64,000 bases of DNA, taken from assembly GCA_903893545.1 (NCBI GenBank), contig CAITMJ010000033.1, forward strand, positions 8,069 through 72,068. The letters are read 5' to 3'. The notes beneath the pieces were generated by a model. It was not told where the DNA came from, did not search any database, and saw only the letters and a program-made list of their open reading frames with translations. The stretch's first letter is position 1; each line of letters opens with the position of its first letter. A program made the translations under genes and the position numbers. This DNA comes from an uncultured Chlamydiae bacterium. Its GTDB lineage: Bacteria > Chlamydiota > Chlamydiia > Chlamydiales > SM23-39. Positions 56,524-64,000 of this stretch are shown here, in pieces.

Positions 56524-57641
56524 GGAATTTTTAAGGTCATCCCCGGATAGAGCTTATCCTTGTCGATACCGTTTAAAAGGACAATGTCATCGACTTTTAC
56601 TTTGTAGGTCCGAGCGATTTTCCAAAGGCTCTCGCCAACGTCCACTGTGTGGTAGCGGGTAGTGGGCGCAGGAGCTGCAATAGGCGGAACAACGGCTACT
56701 TTGGGAACCTCTTGCACCGGCTCTCCGGTAAAAAACGAGATTTTCTGGATAGATGCCTTTCGGACTACATCGCTGCGTAAAGAAGTGGCCAAAGCGTGGC
56801 AAAACTTCTCCGCTTCTTCCGTTCTTTGATTCAATAGAGAGAGAAGATCGACAATCCCCTGATCTTCCAATCGTTTCTGCGCAAAAGAGAAGTCGGTCTT
56901 TAGGAGCAGCTCTGCAGCGGTCGGAGATTTATGCGCAAGAAAGCTCAGTAAAAGCCGGCGCCGTTTTTCCACGGAAAGATCGAGAAGCTGCAATTGCTCT
57001 TTTGCAAAGCGATCTAAAAGCTCCCAATTCCCTTCGAGAGCCAAGCGGAAAAGAGTCTCAGAATCTTGCGGCGCTTCAGTCTTTTGAAAAAGAACCTGCA
57101 GCGCATAAAATTCAGGCGTGATCAAAAATGCACTCTCAAGCGACTCGTCCTTCACGTTTTTTTGAAGAAGAGAAAAAATCCCCTTTGCCGTCAACGGCCA
57201 TTTTTCCTGATAGGCAAAGCGAATCACCGCTTCAAACGCCTCATTGGAAAGACCGGGATAAAGCGCAATCGATTCATCTCCAAGCATCATGTCTCGTTTC
57301 TGCAAGATCGACGCGCCAAGCGCTTTTTCGAGATTGAAATGATGAAAGGAAACTAACGTAGAGAGCGCAAGATCCCGCTTTGTATACCCCTCTTCAATCG
57401 ACTCTCGGTTAGTAAGGAGCGTAACGAGCTCTCGGAACGTCAATTTGGACATCGCGGAGATCTCCGCTACATTCGAAAGCTTATTGCCTAAGTCGCCCTT
57501 TTTCGAAACCTCGCCCCCCAAAGAACACCGTTCCTGTAGGCTAAATGCGACCAAAGAGGCAATCAGCCCGATGTTGAGCGCTCCACTGAACATAAGCGCG
57601 ATATTCAAGATGCGAAATTTTTTACCCCAATTTTGATCCAT
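56520..57641 (-). CDS. Membrane-anchored LysM-domain protein
   Basis: N-terminal TM segment (ILNIALMFSGALNIGLIASLVAF). C-terminal LysM YHTVDVGESLWKIARTYKVKVDDIVLLNG...GMTLKIP. Start set at ATG 57641. Confidence 0.75.
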   Translation of the reverse strand: MDQNWGKKFRILNIALMFSGALNIGLIASLVAFSLQERCSLGGEVSKKGDLGNKLSNVAEISAMSKLTFRELVTLLTNRESIEEGYTKRDLALSTLVSFHHFNLEKALGASILQKRDMMLGDESIALYPGLSNEAFEAVIRFAYQEKWPLTAKGIFSLLQKNVKDESLESAFLITPEFYALQVLFQKTEAPQDSETLFRLALEGNWELLDRFAKEQLQLLDLSVEKRRRLLLSFLAHKSPTAAELLLKTDFSFAQKRLEDQGIVDLLSLLNQRTEEAEKFCHALATSLRSDVVRKASIQKISFFTGEPVQEVPKVAVVPPIAAPAPTTRYHTVDVGESLWKIARTYKVKVDDIVLLNGIDKDKLYPGMTLKIP

Positions 57642-57749
57642 AATCCCTCGTTTCAAACAAAAATACCGTTTACCCGAGTTTTTGCAAAGCACTTGAAATA
57701 GGAATAGGTCCAAGGTACACTGGAAGCTTTCGAACATTGCAGTGACACT

Positions 57750-60119
57750 ATGAAACTTCCACTATCTCTTATTAAGTCCTTTATACACATAGACTTACCG
57801 GTTAAAAAAATCGAAGAAACGCTGACGCTTCTGGGAATTGAGGTCGATGCAATTTACGCCCCCACCCCCCCCTTTAGCAGAGTCGTGGTCGCGAAAGTAC
57901 AATCGGTAAAGCCTCACCCTTCTGCCGAGAAGCTCCAAATAGCCGAAGTGTTTGATGGCAAAGAGACGTTTCAAGTGATCTGCGGCGCAAACAATTGCCG
58001 CGCCGGAATGTTGACCGCGTTTGCCAAAGTAGGCGCGCAGCTTCTCGATGGACACGGAAAACTTCGAACAATTGAAAAAGCCTCCATCCGCGGCGTCGAA
58101 TCGTTTGGCATGCTCTCTTCTGCTTCAGAATTATCCCTCTATGCAGATGACCTTGGAATCCTCGATCTTCCCGCTGATTTTCCCTTAGGCGCTGATTGCG
58201 TCCAATTACTTTGGGATCCTGTCTTTGAAATTTCTCTCACTCCAAACCTCGGCCACTGCATGAGCGCTCTTGGCATTGCAAGAGAGCTTTCAGCCGCCTT
58301 GGCTATTCCGCTCCATCGAAAAGAATTCAAAGAACAAACTGGCTCCTCCAAAATACAGATCAAAAACAAAGCGGAAAAACTCGCTCCTCGCTACATGGCT
58401 AAGATCATTGAGAATGTCAAAGTAGGCCCCTCTCCTTTTTGGCTCCAACGAGAGCTTTTAGCAGCGGGACAGCGCCCGATCAACAATATCGTCGACGTGA
58501 CAAACTACATCCTTTTGAAAAACGGCCAGCCGATGCACGCCTTTGATCTCGATGCGATCGAAGGGGCGACCATCGAGATCGACACGGCTAAAAAAATAGA
58601 GTCCTTTAGCGCGTTAAATGGCGCTGAGTTACAAATCCCCGTAGGCGCCCTTCTGATCTCAGATGCAAAAAAACCACTTGCGATTGCCGGCATTATCGGA
58701 GGGATTAGCTCCGCTGTTTCTGACACCACTCGAAATATTTTGTTAGAAGCGGCCTTTTTCGATCCGATTTCTGTCCGCGTAAACGCCAAAAAAATGGGCC
58801 TTCGCACAGACAGCTCTTTCCGCTTTGAAAAAGGGGTCGATATCCATGCAATTGGAGAATTTTTAGAAGAAGCCGCGTCTCTTATCGCCTCGATTTCCGG
58901 CGGACATCTCACCTCTGGAACCATCGACTGCAAGAAAGAATCGTTTAAAGCTAGACAGATCCACTGCCGACCAGCACGCGTCAATCAAGTGCTCGGGACA
59001 AAACTCTCTTCGAGTGAAATCGAAGCGATTTTTGGCCGCTTAAACTTTCAGATAAAGGCGGAAAAAGAGGGCTTTTTAGTCACGGTTCCCTTTTATCGAA
59101 ACGATCTTTTCGAGGAAGTCGACCTCATCGAAGAGGTCGCAAGGATCTATGGCTACAATCACATTGAAAGACCACTGCCGAAAATCACCACTGCCGAGAT
59201 CCCTCACGATCCGAATTATCTCTTTGAGACAAAACTTCGCCACTCCCTAGTTGGGCTTGGTCTGACTGAATTTCTCACCTGCGATCTCATCTCCCCAAAG
59301 CTCGCTCAAATCGCACAAGAACTCTCCCACTCAAAAAATACCCTCTTGCAAACACTCCATTCTAAATCGGAAGAATATTCTATCTTGCGCCCCTCGCTTC
59401 TTCCCGGCCTTTTGCAAGTCATCAGCTCCAATCTCGATCACAAAAATAACCAATTAGCCGCTTTTGAAATTGGAAGAATCCACTTTCAACAAGATGGCAA
59501 GCCCATCGAATTTCCGATGAGCGCAATTTTATTGACCGGCAAAGAATTTCCGCTTCACTGGGATCGAAAACCTTCCGATGTCGATTTTTACGACCTCAAA
59601 GGCCTCGTCGAAAATTTGCTCCAAGCCTTGCGCATCTCCTCGTATGAATTTTCCCACTCCGAGCATCCGACATTCCATCCTGGAAGACAAGCCAACCTCA
59701 CTGTAAATGGACTATGCATTGGAAGCATTGGGGAATTGCATCCGGCGCTTTTAGCAAAACTCGACATCAAGCAAAAAGTCTACTACGCCGAACTCAATGC
59801 AGAAGAGCTTCAAAAATTGCAGGGCCCTTCTCCAAAAATGAAACCTCTTTCTCAATTCCCCTCGTCGATGCGCGATTGGACCGTCCCACTTTCTTTAAAA
59901 ACGAGCATCGCCTCTCTTGTGCAACTGATCCAAACGATCTCCCCGGCGCTTTTAGAAAAATTCGAAGTGATCGATCTTTATCGAGGAGAAGAAAAGACCA
60001 ACGCAACGCTTCGCTTCACCTATCGAGACCAAACCAAAACCGTTTCTTTCGAGGAAGTTGAGTCTGCACATGCAAAATTGATTGAAGAAGTTCTTGCAAA
60101 AACAAATTCACATCGGTAA
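57750..60119 (+). CDS. pheT: Phenylalanine-tRNA ligase beta subunit
   Basis: 789 aa with tRNA-binding, B3/4, B5 and anticodon-binding-like regions (FEISLTPNLGHCMS; NDLFEEVDLIEEVARIYGY). Confidence 0.93.
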   Translation: MKLPLSLIKSFIHIDLPVKKIEETLTLLGIEVDAIYAPTPPFSRVVVAKVQSVKPHPSAEKLQIAEVFDGKETFQVICGANNCRAGMLTAFAKVGAQLLDGHGKLRTIEKASIRGVESFGMLSSASELSLYADDLGILDLPADFPLGADCVQLLWDPVFEISLTPNLGHCMSALGIARELSAALAIPLHRKEFKEQTGSSKIQIKNKAEKLAPRYMAKIIENVKVGPSPFWLQRELLAAGQRPINNIVDVTNYILLKNGQPMHAFDLDAIEGATIEIDTAKKIESFSALNGAELQIPVGALLISDAKKPLAIAGIIGGISSAVSDTTRNILLEAAFFDPISVRVNAKKMGLRTDSSFRFEKGVDIHAIGEFLEEAASLIASISGGHLTSGTIDCKKESFKARQIHCRPARVNQVLGTKLSSSEIEAIFGRLNFQIKAEKEGFLVTVPFYRNDLFEEVDLIEEVARIYGYNHIERPLPKITTAEIPHDPNYLFETKLRHSLVGLGLTEFLTCDLISPKLAQIAQELSHSKNTLLQTLHSKSEEYSILRPSLLPGLLQVISSNLDHKNNQLAAFEIGRIHFQQDGKPIEFPMSAILLTGKEFPLHWDRKPSDVDFYDLKGLVENLLQALRISSYEFSHSEHPTFHPGRQANLTVNGLCIGSIGELHPALLAKLDIKQKVYYAELNAEELQKLQGPSPKMKPLSQFPSSMRDWTVPLSLKTSIASLVQLIQTISPALLEKFEVIDLYRGEEKTNATLRFTYRDQTKTVSFEEVESAHAKLIEEVLAKTNSHR

Positions 60120-60149
60120 CATCGGCCCTTTAGCAACGCGAGGCTTACG

Positions 60150-61136
60150 ATGAAAAAGCAACATGTAGGGTTGTCTTTGACAACTGTTCTTTTATTGACC
60201 GGATGTTTTTCGGGCGATGCAGGAAATCCAATTGTCTCCCAAAAATATGTCCATAAATATGGATTCGACGTCTCTGAAGCAGAATGGCAAGAGCGCGACC
60301 AAGAGGGACAGATCGTCTCCATGCTGAAAAACGGCGTAAAAGTGATCCATTCGTACGAAAATGGCATGCTCAATGGCTCTACGACCTATTCCTTCCCCCA
60401 CAGCTCCGTCATTGAAAGGCTCCAAATTTACGCGCAAGGAACCCTTCTCAAAGAGGTTGTGAATGATCTAGAAGGGATTCCGATCTCGGAAGAAACTTAC
60501 GAATTCGACGACCGAAAAATCACCACCACATGGGATGAAAAAGGGACCCCCCTTTCGATCGAAGAGTACGATGGAGATCTCCTCGTTGAAGGTAAGTATT
60601 TCACCCCCGATCATGAACTCGAGGGGCAAGTCGAGGCAGGGTTTGGAGAGCGGTACAAAAGAGAGCGCTTAGGGCCTTTAGTTTCTCGAGACCTCGTTGA
60701 AAACGGAACTGTGGCCACGCGCACAAATTTCCATCCAAATGGACTCATCCACTCTATTTCCCACTACCATGACTATCAATTGCATGGGGAACAGAAAAAA
60801 TTCACCTCAGCTGGGAAACCGCTGATGGATCTCAATTGGAACCATGGCGTTCTCGACGGCCTTAAAGTGATCTACCGAGAAGGGACAAAAGTTGCAGAAA
60901 TCCCCTACATCAACGGTCAAAAACACGGCATAGAAATCCATTTTGACGATCTTGGCAATCTCACTGCTGAAATCGAATGGAGAAACGACAAAAAGCATGG
61001 GCTTAGCTCGTTTTTCAATAGCGAATCGCTAGAACACGAATGGTTCTATAAAGGCGCTGTCGTCAGCCAGCAAAAGTTTGAGATCCTCTCGAACCGAGAG
61101 AACCTAGTCGCAGACTTTTCGCTCGAGACAGAATAA
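60150..61136 (+). CDS. Lipoprotein with MORN-variant (YwqK-like) repeats
   Basis: Lipobox LLLTGC. Repeated (L/H)(N/H)G....Y...G pattern (LHGEQKKFTSAGKP, LDGLKVIYREGTK, KHGIEIHFDDLGN, KHGLSSFFNSES). Confidence 0.7.
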   Translation: MKKQHVGLSLTTVLLLTGCFSGDAGNPIVSQKYVHKYGFDVSEAEWQERDQEGQIVSMLKNGVKVIHSYENGMLNGSTTYSFPHSSVIERLQIYAQGTLLKEVVNDLEGIPISEETYEFDDRKITTTWDEKGTPLSIEEYDGDLLVEGKYFTPDHELEGQVEAGFGERYKRERLGPLVSRDLVENGTVATRTNFHPNGLIHSISHYHDYQLHGEQKKFTSAGKPLMDLNWNHGVLDGLKVIYREGTKVAEIPYINGQKHGIEIHFDDLGNLTAEIEWRNDKKHGLSSFFNSESLEHEWFYKGAVVSQQKFEILSNRENLVADFSLETE

Positions 61137-61147
61137 TCTACGTAGGT

Positions 61148-61172
61148 ATACCGCGCAACGAATACGCGGTAT
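61148..61172. terminator. 8-bp stem-loop between convergent genes
   Basis: ataccgcg...cgcggtat. No clear T-run. Confidence 0.3.
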
Positions 61173-61189
61173 GCCCTCTTACAAAGTCT

Positions 61190-61606
61190 TTATAGAGATA
61201 GTACAACAGTATTTTCTGACACCGGAGTGCTTGGAAGGGATTCGAAAAGCTGTGTCGTAGGCTCTTCATTCATAGAAGGAGTCTCAACCTTTCTCTCTGC
61301 AGATTCAGAAGAAGACTGAACTTTAGCCTCAACGGCCTCTTGCGCTTCTGATTTTACTGGAGCGGGTTCTGCCGCTGCGCTCTTTTCTTCTTTGGGCGTA
61401 TCAATTTCAATCACATGGACTTTCGCCTCTTCTCCGGCTTCTGTCTCATCGCACTCATCTTCATTGCATGGCACTTTATCTTCTGACGACGATTGTGGTG
61501 GAGCGGGAGGGGTAGCAGACATATCTTCTTTTGGATTGCAACTGCAACCGACAAGAGTGCTAATCACCCCGATTAAAAACAAATGACGCAACTGGTTTTC
61601 CTTCAT
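61190..61606 (-). CDS. Acidic, low-complexity lipoprotein (138 aa)
   Basis: Lipobox TLVGCS. E/S/P/A-rich body. Confidence 0.5.
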   Translation of the reverse strand: MKENQLRHLFLIGVISTLVGCSCNPKEDMSATPPAPPQSSSEDKVPCNEDECDETEAGEEAKVHVIEIDTPKEEKSAAAEPAPVKSEAQEAVEAKVQSSSESAERKVETPSMNEEPTTQLFESLPSTPVSENTVVLSL

Positions 61607-61691
61607 ATCAAATCCTTTGGTAAAGATCGTTCGAGTTCAGATTGAGGCTTTGTCAATTTTTCTTCAATTGAAAAGAGAGCATCTTTTCCCG

Positions 61692-61707
61692 TGGCACGGT
61701 TTTTGCA
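61692..61707 (+). promoter_or_regulatory. Sigma-54 (-24/-12) promoter
   Basis: TGGCACGGTTTTTGCA equals TGGCACG-N4-TTGCA. GG (61693-61694) and GC (61705-61706) are 12 nt apart. Lies 35 nt upstream of ATG 61742. Confidence 0.6.
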
Positions 61708-61741
61708 GGATATATTTATAGAACTGCCAAGGAGGAAACGT

Positions 61742-61927
61742 ATGAAAGAGAGAGAATTGATCAAAAAAATCGCCAAGCTAGAGACAATCAACGATCAGTT
61801 ATCCGCAGAGCTCAACTACTTAGAGCGGCTAACACGCGCGCTTGGATTTGCCGATGGCCTAAAAACCCTAAAAGCTGCCGCCTTAGAAATGTTGGAAAGC
61901 GATCACAAAAAAGACAAATTTAACTAA
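61742..61927 (+). CDS. Small coiled-coil protein (61 aa)
   Basis: AAGGAGG Shine-Dalgarno 6 nt before the ATG. MKERELIKKIAKLETINDQLSAELNYLERLTRALGF shows a heptad-like pattern. Confidence 0.5.
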   Translation: MKERELIKKIAKLETINDQLSAELNYLERLTRALGFADGLKTLKAAALEMLESDHKKDKFN

Positions 61928-64000
61928 ACAGTTTAAGTAGATCGTCTTGCGATAAAGTAGACTCTTCATTCTTAAGAAGCGCCTCGGCTGAGGCGGTTTT
62001 GGCTGCTTTGATCGCAAGCATCTTCTCTTCAATGGAATGAGGCGTTAAATAGCGGTGAACAAAGAGTGTCTTTTTTTGCCCTATTCGATGAGCGCGACCT
62101 ACCGCCTGCTGCTCGACTGCATCATTCCACCAAGGGTCTAAAAGAAAGACCGTTTCTCCGGCTGTGAGATTTAAGCCAACGCCTCCAGCCTTAAGACTTA
62201 AGAGGAAAAGATGCGGCTTTTCCTCTTCCTGAAAGCGGCGCACGATTTGCCCTCGCTCCTCTTCTGCCGTAGAACCATCTAGATAAAGAGGTTCGATCCC
62301 CACACCCCGCAGATCCTTCTGCAATAGGCGCAAAAACGTCGTAAACTGACTAAATACAATCACTTTCTTTCCAAGAGAAGCCAGCTCTTGCGCTGCAATG
62401 AGAAGCATTTCCGCTTTTGCGCCGGCCTCTTCTTCCCCGAGTAACCGAGGATCTGCGCAGATTTGGCGAAGGCGCAAAATCGCCTCCAACACTTCCATAC
62501 GATGTGCTTGAAGACCCTCTGCTTGCACTTTGCGAAGAAGGCCGTTTTTAAAGCCCAAAAGCACCCGATCGTAAAGAGCCTCCTGCGCTTCGGTAAAATC
62601 AACCCAAGTGGGACAATCGATCTTCTCTGGCAATTCAATCGCTACATCCTCTTTTCTGCGCCTGAGGATAAACGGCTTGAGTCTGCGATAGATAACTTCG
62701 GAAGGAGTTCTTAAGAACTCCGATTTTTCGCCCAGTAGATCGGGCATCATAAAACGAAACTGCGACCAGAGCTCCTCGGGACGGTTCTCTACAGGAGTTC
62801 CCGACATCGCAATCTTAAAACGAGCCTTCAAGCGATAGGCTGCTCCAGCTACCTGAGAGCTCGAAGACTTAATCATTTGCGACTCATCCAAAAGGGCCGC
62901 CTCAAACTCACATCCGGCCAAAAGCTCCTGATCGATCCGGAGAAGCGCATAGGAAGTCAGTATAACCTGGAAAGACCCCTCTAAAGTCTTTAAACGGTCG
63001 GGCCCCGAATGGAGATAGACCTTTGCCTCTGGCCAAAACCGAGACAATTCGCTCTGCCAGTTAAAGAGCAAAGAAGTCGGGGCGACGATCAAAATGGGCA
63101 AATCTGTCCTCAATTGGGAAAAAAATGCCACTGCCTGGACAGTTTTGCCAAGCCCCATCTCGTCAGAAAGTAGAGCCCCAAACCCCCATTTTTGGTGAAA
63201 CTGAAGCCACTCGACCCCTTTTTGCTGATAGGGCAAAAGCTGGCCCTGGAAATTCGAGAGATTGCAAGCTTCGAGCCCTGCGCCATTTTTAAGCGCAGCG
63301 ACGACCCTTTTTAAAGGCTCATCCCAGTCGACATTTTCTCGCTCTAAAAAAGGGAGGAGCTGTCCAATTTGCCGCTTCTGCAACCGAAGCGAATTTCCTT
63401 CCCACTCTCCTTCTAAAAGCACTTCCTTTTTATCGAGAAGCCCCACATGACCGCTCCCAAGTTCTACGAAAAGATGGCTTTTTTGACTATTTGCAACCAC
63501 TCCCTCTTTTTCTTGGAACCGGAGTTTGCCCTCAACCACAAGAGAGTCTCCCTCTTTGCCAATTCTTAGCTCAAGCGATGTCTGCGGCAAGATTTTTCTC
63601 CCTTGCATATCGATGCAAGTCCAACCAATGTCCAGTAAAAGCCGAATTGTCTCGCGCACCTTCTCGCCAGAGCAATAATAGCGGGCGTTTCCTAAAGTCT
63701 TTCGCAAATACCCCGCTTCCACAAGATCCCTCTCCCAAGAAGCCTCTTCTTTTTTCAGTCGAGTCCTGCCGTGAATATCCGGCGCTAAATCTTCAAACGC
63801 CACCTTCCCTACGCCCGGATAATCCATCCAAAGATTGGCAGAAATTCCCGCCGCATCGACCAAAACAAGCTGTGGGAAAACCGCAAGTGAATCCTCTGCC
63901 TTCTCTTCCCAAGAAACTTTCGGCTCCTCTTCGAGAAAATTCTTCTTATGAACCCCTTCTAAGAGCACCTTTCCAGAGCGAAAAAACTCAATCCACTTCC
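61920..64000 (-). CDS. SNF2-family helicase (partial; N-terminus beyond the window)
   Basis: DEMGLGKT (motif I), LLDESQMIKS (II), LLSLKAGGVGLNLT and QAVGRAHRIGQ (V/VI). The frame stays open from the GTG at 63968 to position 64000. Confidence 0.88.
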   Translation of the reverse strand, partial: KWIEFFRSGKVLLEGVHKKNFLEEEPKVSWEEKAEDSLAVFPQLVLVDAAGISANLWMDYPGVGKVAFEDLAPDIHGRTRLKKEEASWERDLVEAGYLRKTLGNARYYCSGEKVRETIRLLLDIGWTCIDMQGRKILPQTSLELRIGKEGDSLVVEGKLRFQEKEGVVANSQKSHLFVELGSGHVGLLDKKEVLLEGEWEGNSLRLQKRQIGQLLPFLERENVDWDEPLKRVVAALKNGAGLEACNLSNFQGQLLPYQQKGVEWLQFHQKWGFGALLSDEMGLGKTVQAVAFFSQLRTDLPILIVAPTSLLFNWQSELSRFWPEAKVYLHSGPDRLKTLEGSFQVILTSYALLRIDQELLAGCEFEAALLDESQMIKSSSSQVAGAAYRLKARFKIAMSGTPVENRPEELWSQFRFMMPDLLGEKSEFLRTPSEVIYRRLKPFILRRRKEDVAIELPEKIDCPTWVDFTEAQEALYDRVLLGFKNGLLRKVQAEGLQAHRMEVLEAILRLRQICADPRLLGEEEAGAKAEMLLIAAQELASLGKKVIVFSQFTTFLRLLQKDLRGVGIEPLYLDGSTAEEERGQIVRRFQEEEKPHLFLLSLKAGGVGLNLTAGETVFLLDPWWNDAVEQQAVGRAHRIGQKKTLFVHRYLTPHSIEEKMLAIKAAKTASAEALLKNEESTLSQDDLLKLFS

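Noticed and set aside
57859-57872. A C5-A-C8 homopolymer run, considered as a phase-variation tract.
   Set aside because: It lies in the essential pheT gene and simply encodes A-P-T-P-P. There is no reason to expect slippage-based switching.

Overview
All homology calls come from reading the supplied translations and the DNA by eye. No database search was run. ORF-track coordinates include the stop codon. Several starts were moved to internal ATGs that remove gene overlaps or have a Shine-Dalgarno sequence.

The window looks like chromosome from a Chlamydia-related bacterium (order Chlamydiales), probably outside the classical Chlamydiaceae. Supporting signs:
- dksA-lspA linkage.
- An S41 tail-specific protease next to rpsL-rpsG-fusA-rpsJ with no tuf.
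- A CtcB/CtcC-type NtrB/NtrC pair.
- MOMP-like porins and a Pmp-like autotransporter.

Backbone genes: gmhA, asd, RNA-modification enzymes, lspA, dksA, nrdR, a metal ABC importer, rplU-rpmA-obg, an aminotransferase, the S12/S7/EF-G/S10 genes, hpf, recO-like, yidD, pheT, a SNF2 helicase that runs off the right edge, and five tRNAs.

Accessory content worth attention:
1. A ~13.8-kb minus-strand operon (30825-44579) holds three divergent MOMP-like porin paralogs, a 727-aa secreted protein with GH64 beta-1,3-glucanase-like signatures, and a 2766-aa PATR-repeat autotransporter built from three passenger units.
2. A translationally coupled two-partner secretion locus (12429-16062) has an unusually short 377-aa TpsA, its TpsB, and an EamA transporter.
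3. Two tRNA genes (Phe, Leu-CAA) are each followed by a terminator hairpin and then an inverted copy of the tRNA's own 3' end. Both lie at the edge of visibly A/T-richer accessory DNA.
4. A 2.3-kb islet is bracketed by 45-bp direct repeats. It carries a eukaryote-type GT17 glycosyltransferase, a frameshifted Bro-N gene, a VapB-like remnant and tRNA-Leu.
5. A textbook sigma-54 promoter (TGGCACG-N4-TTGCA) sits in front of a 61-aa coiled-coil ORF. The sigma-54 activator pair lies about 10 kb away.
6. A divergent effector-like pair includes an IpaH/SspH-style LRR protein without a ligase domain.

No rRNA, CRISPR array or intact transposase/integrase was seen.
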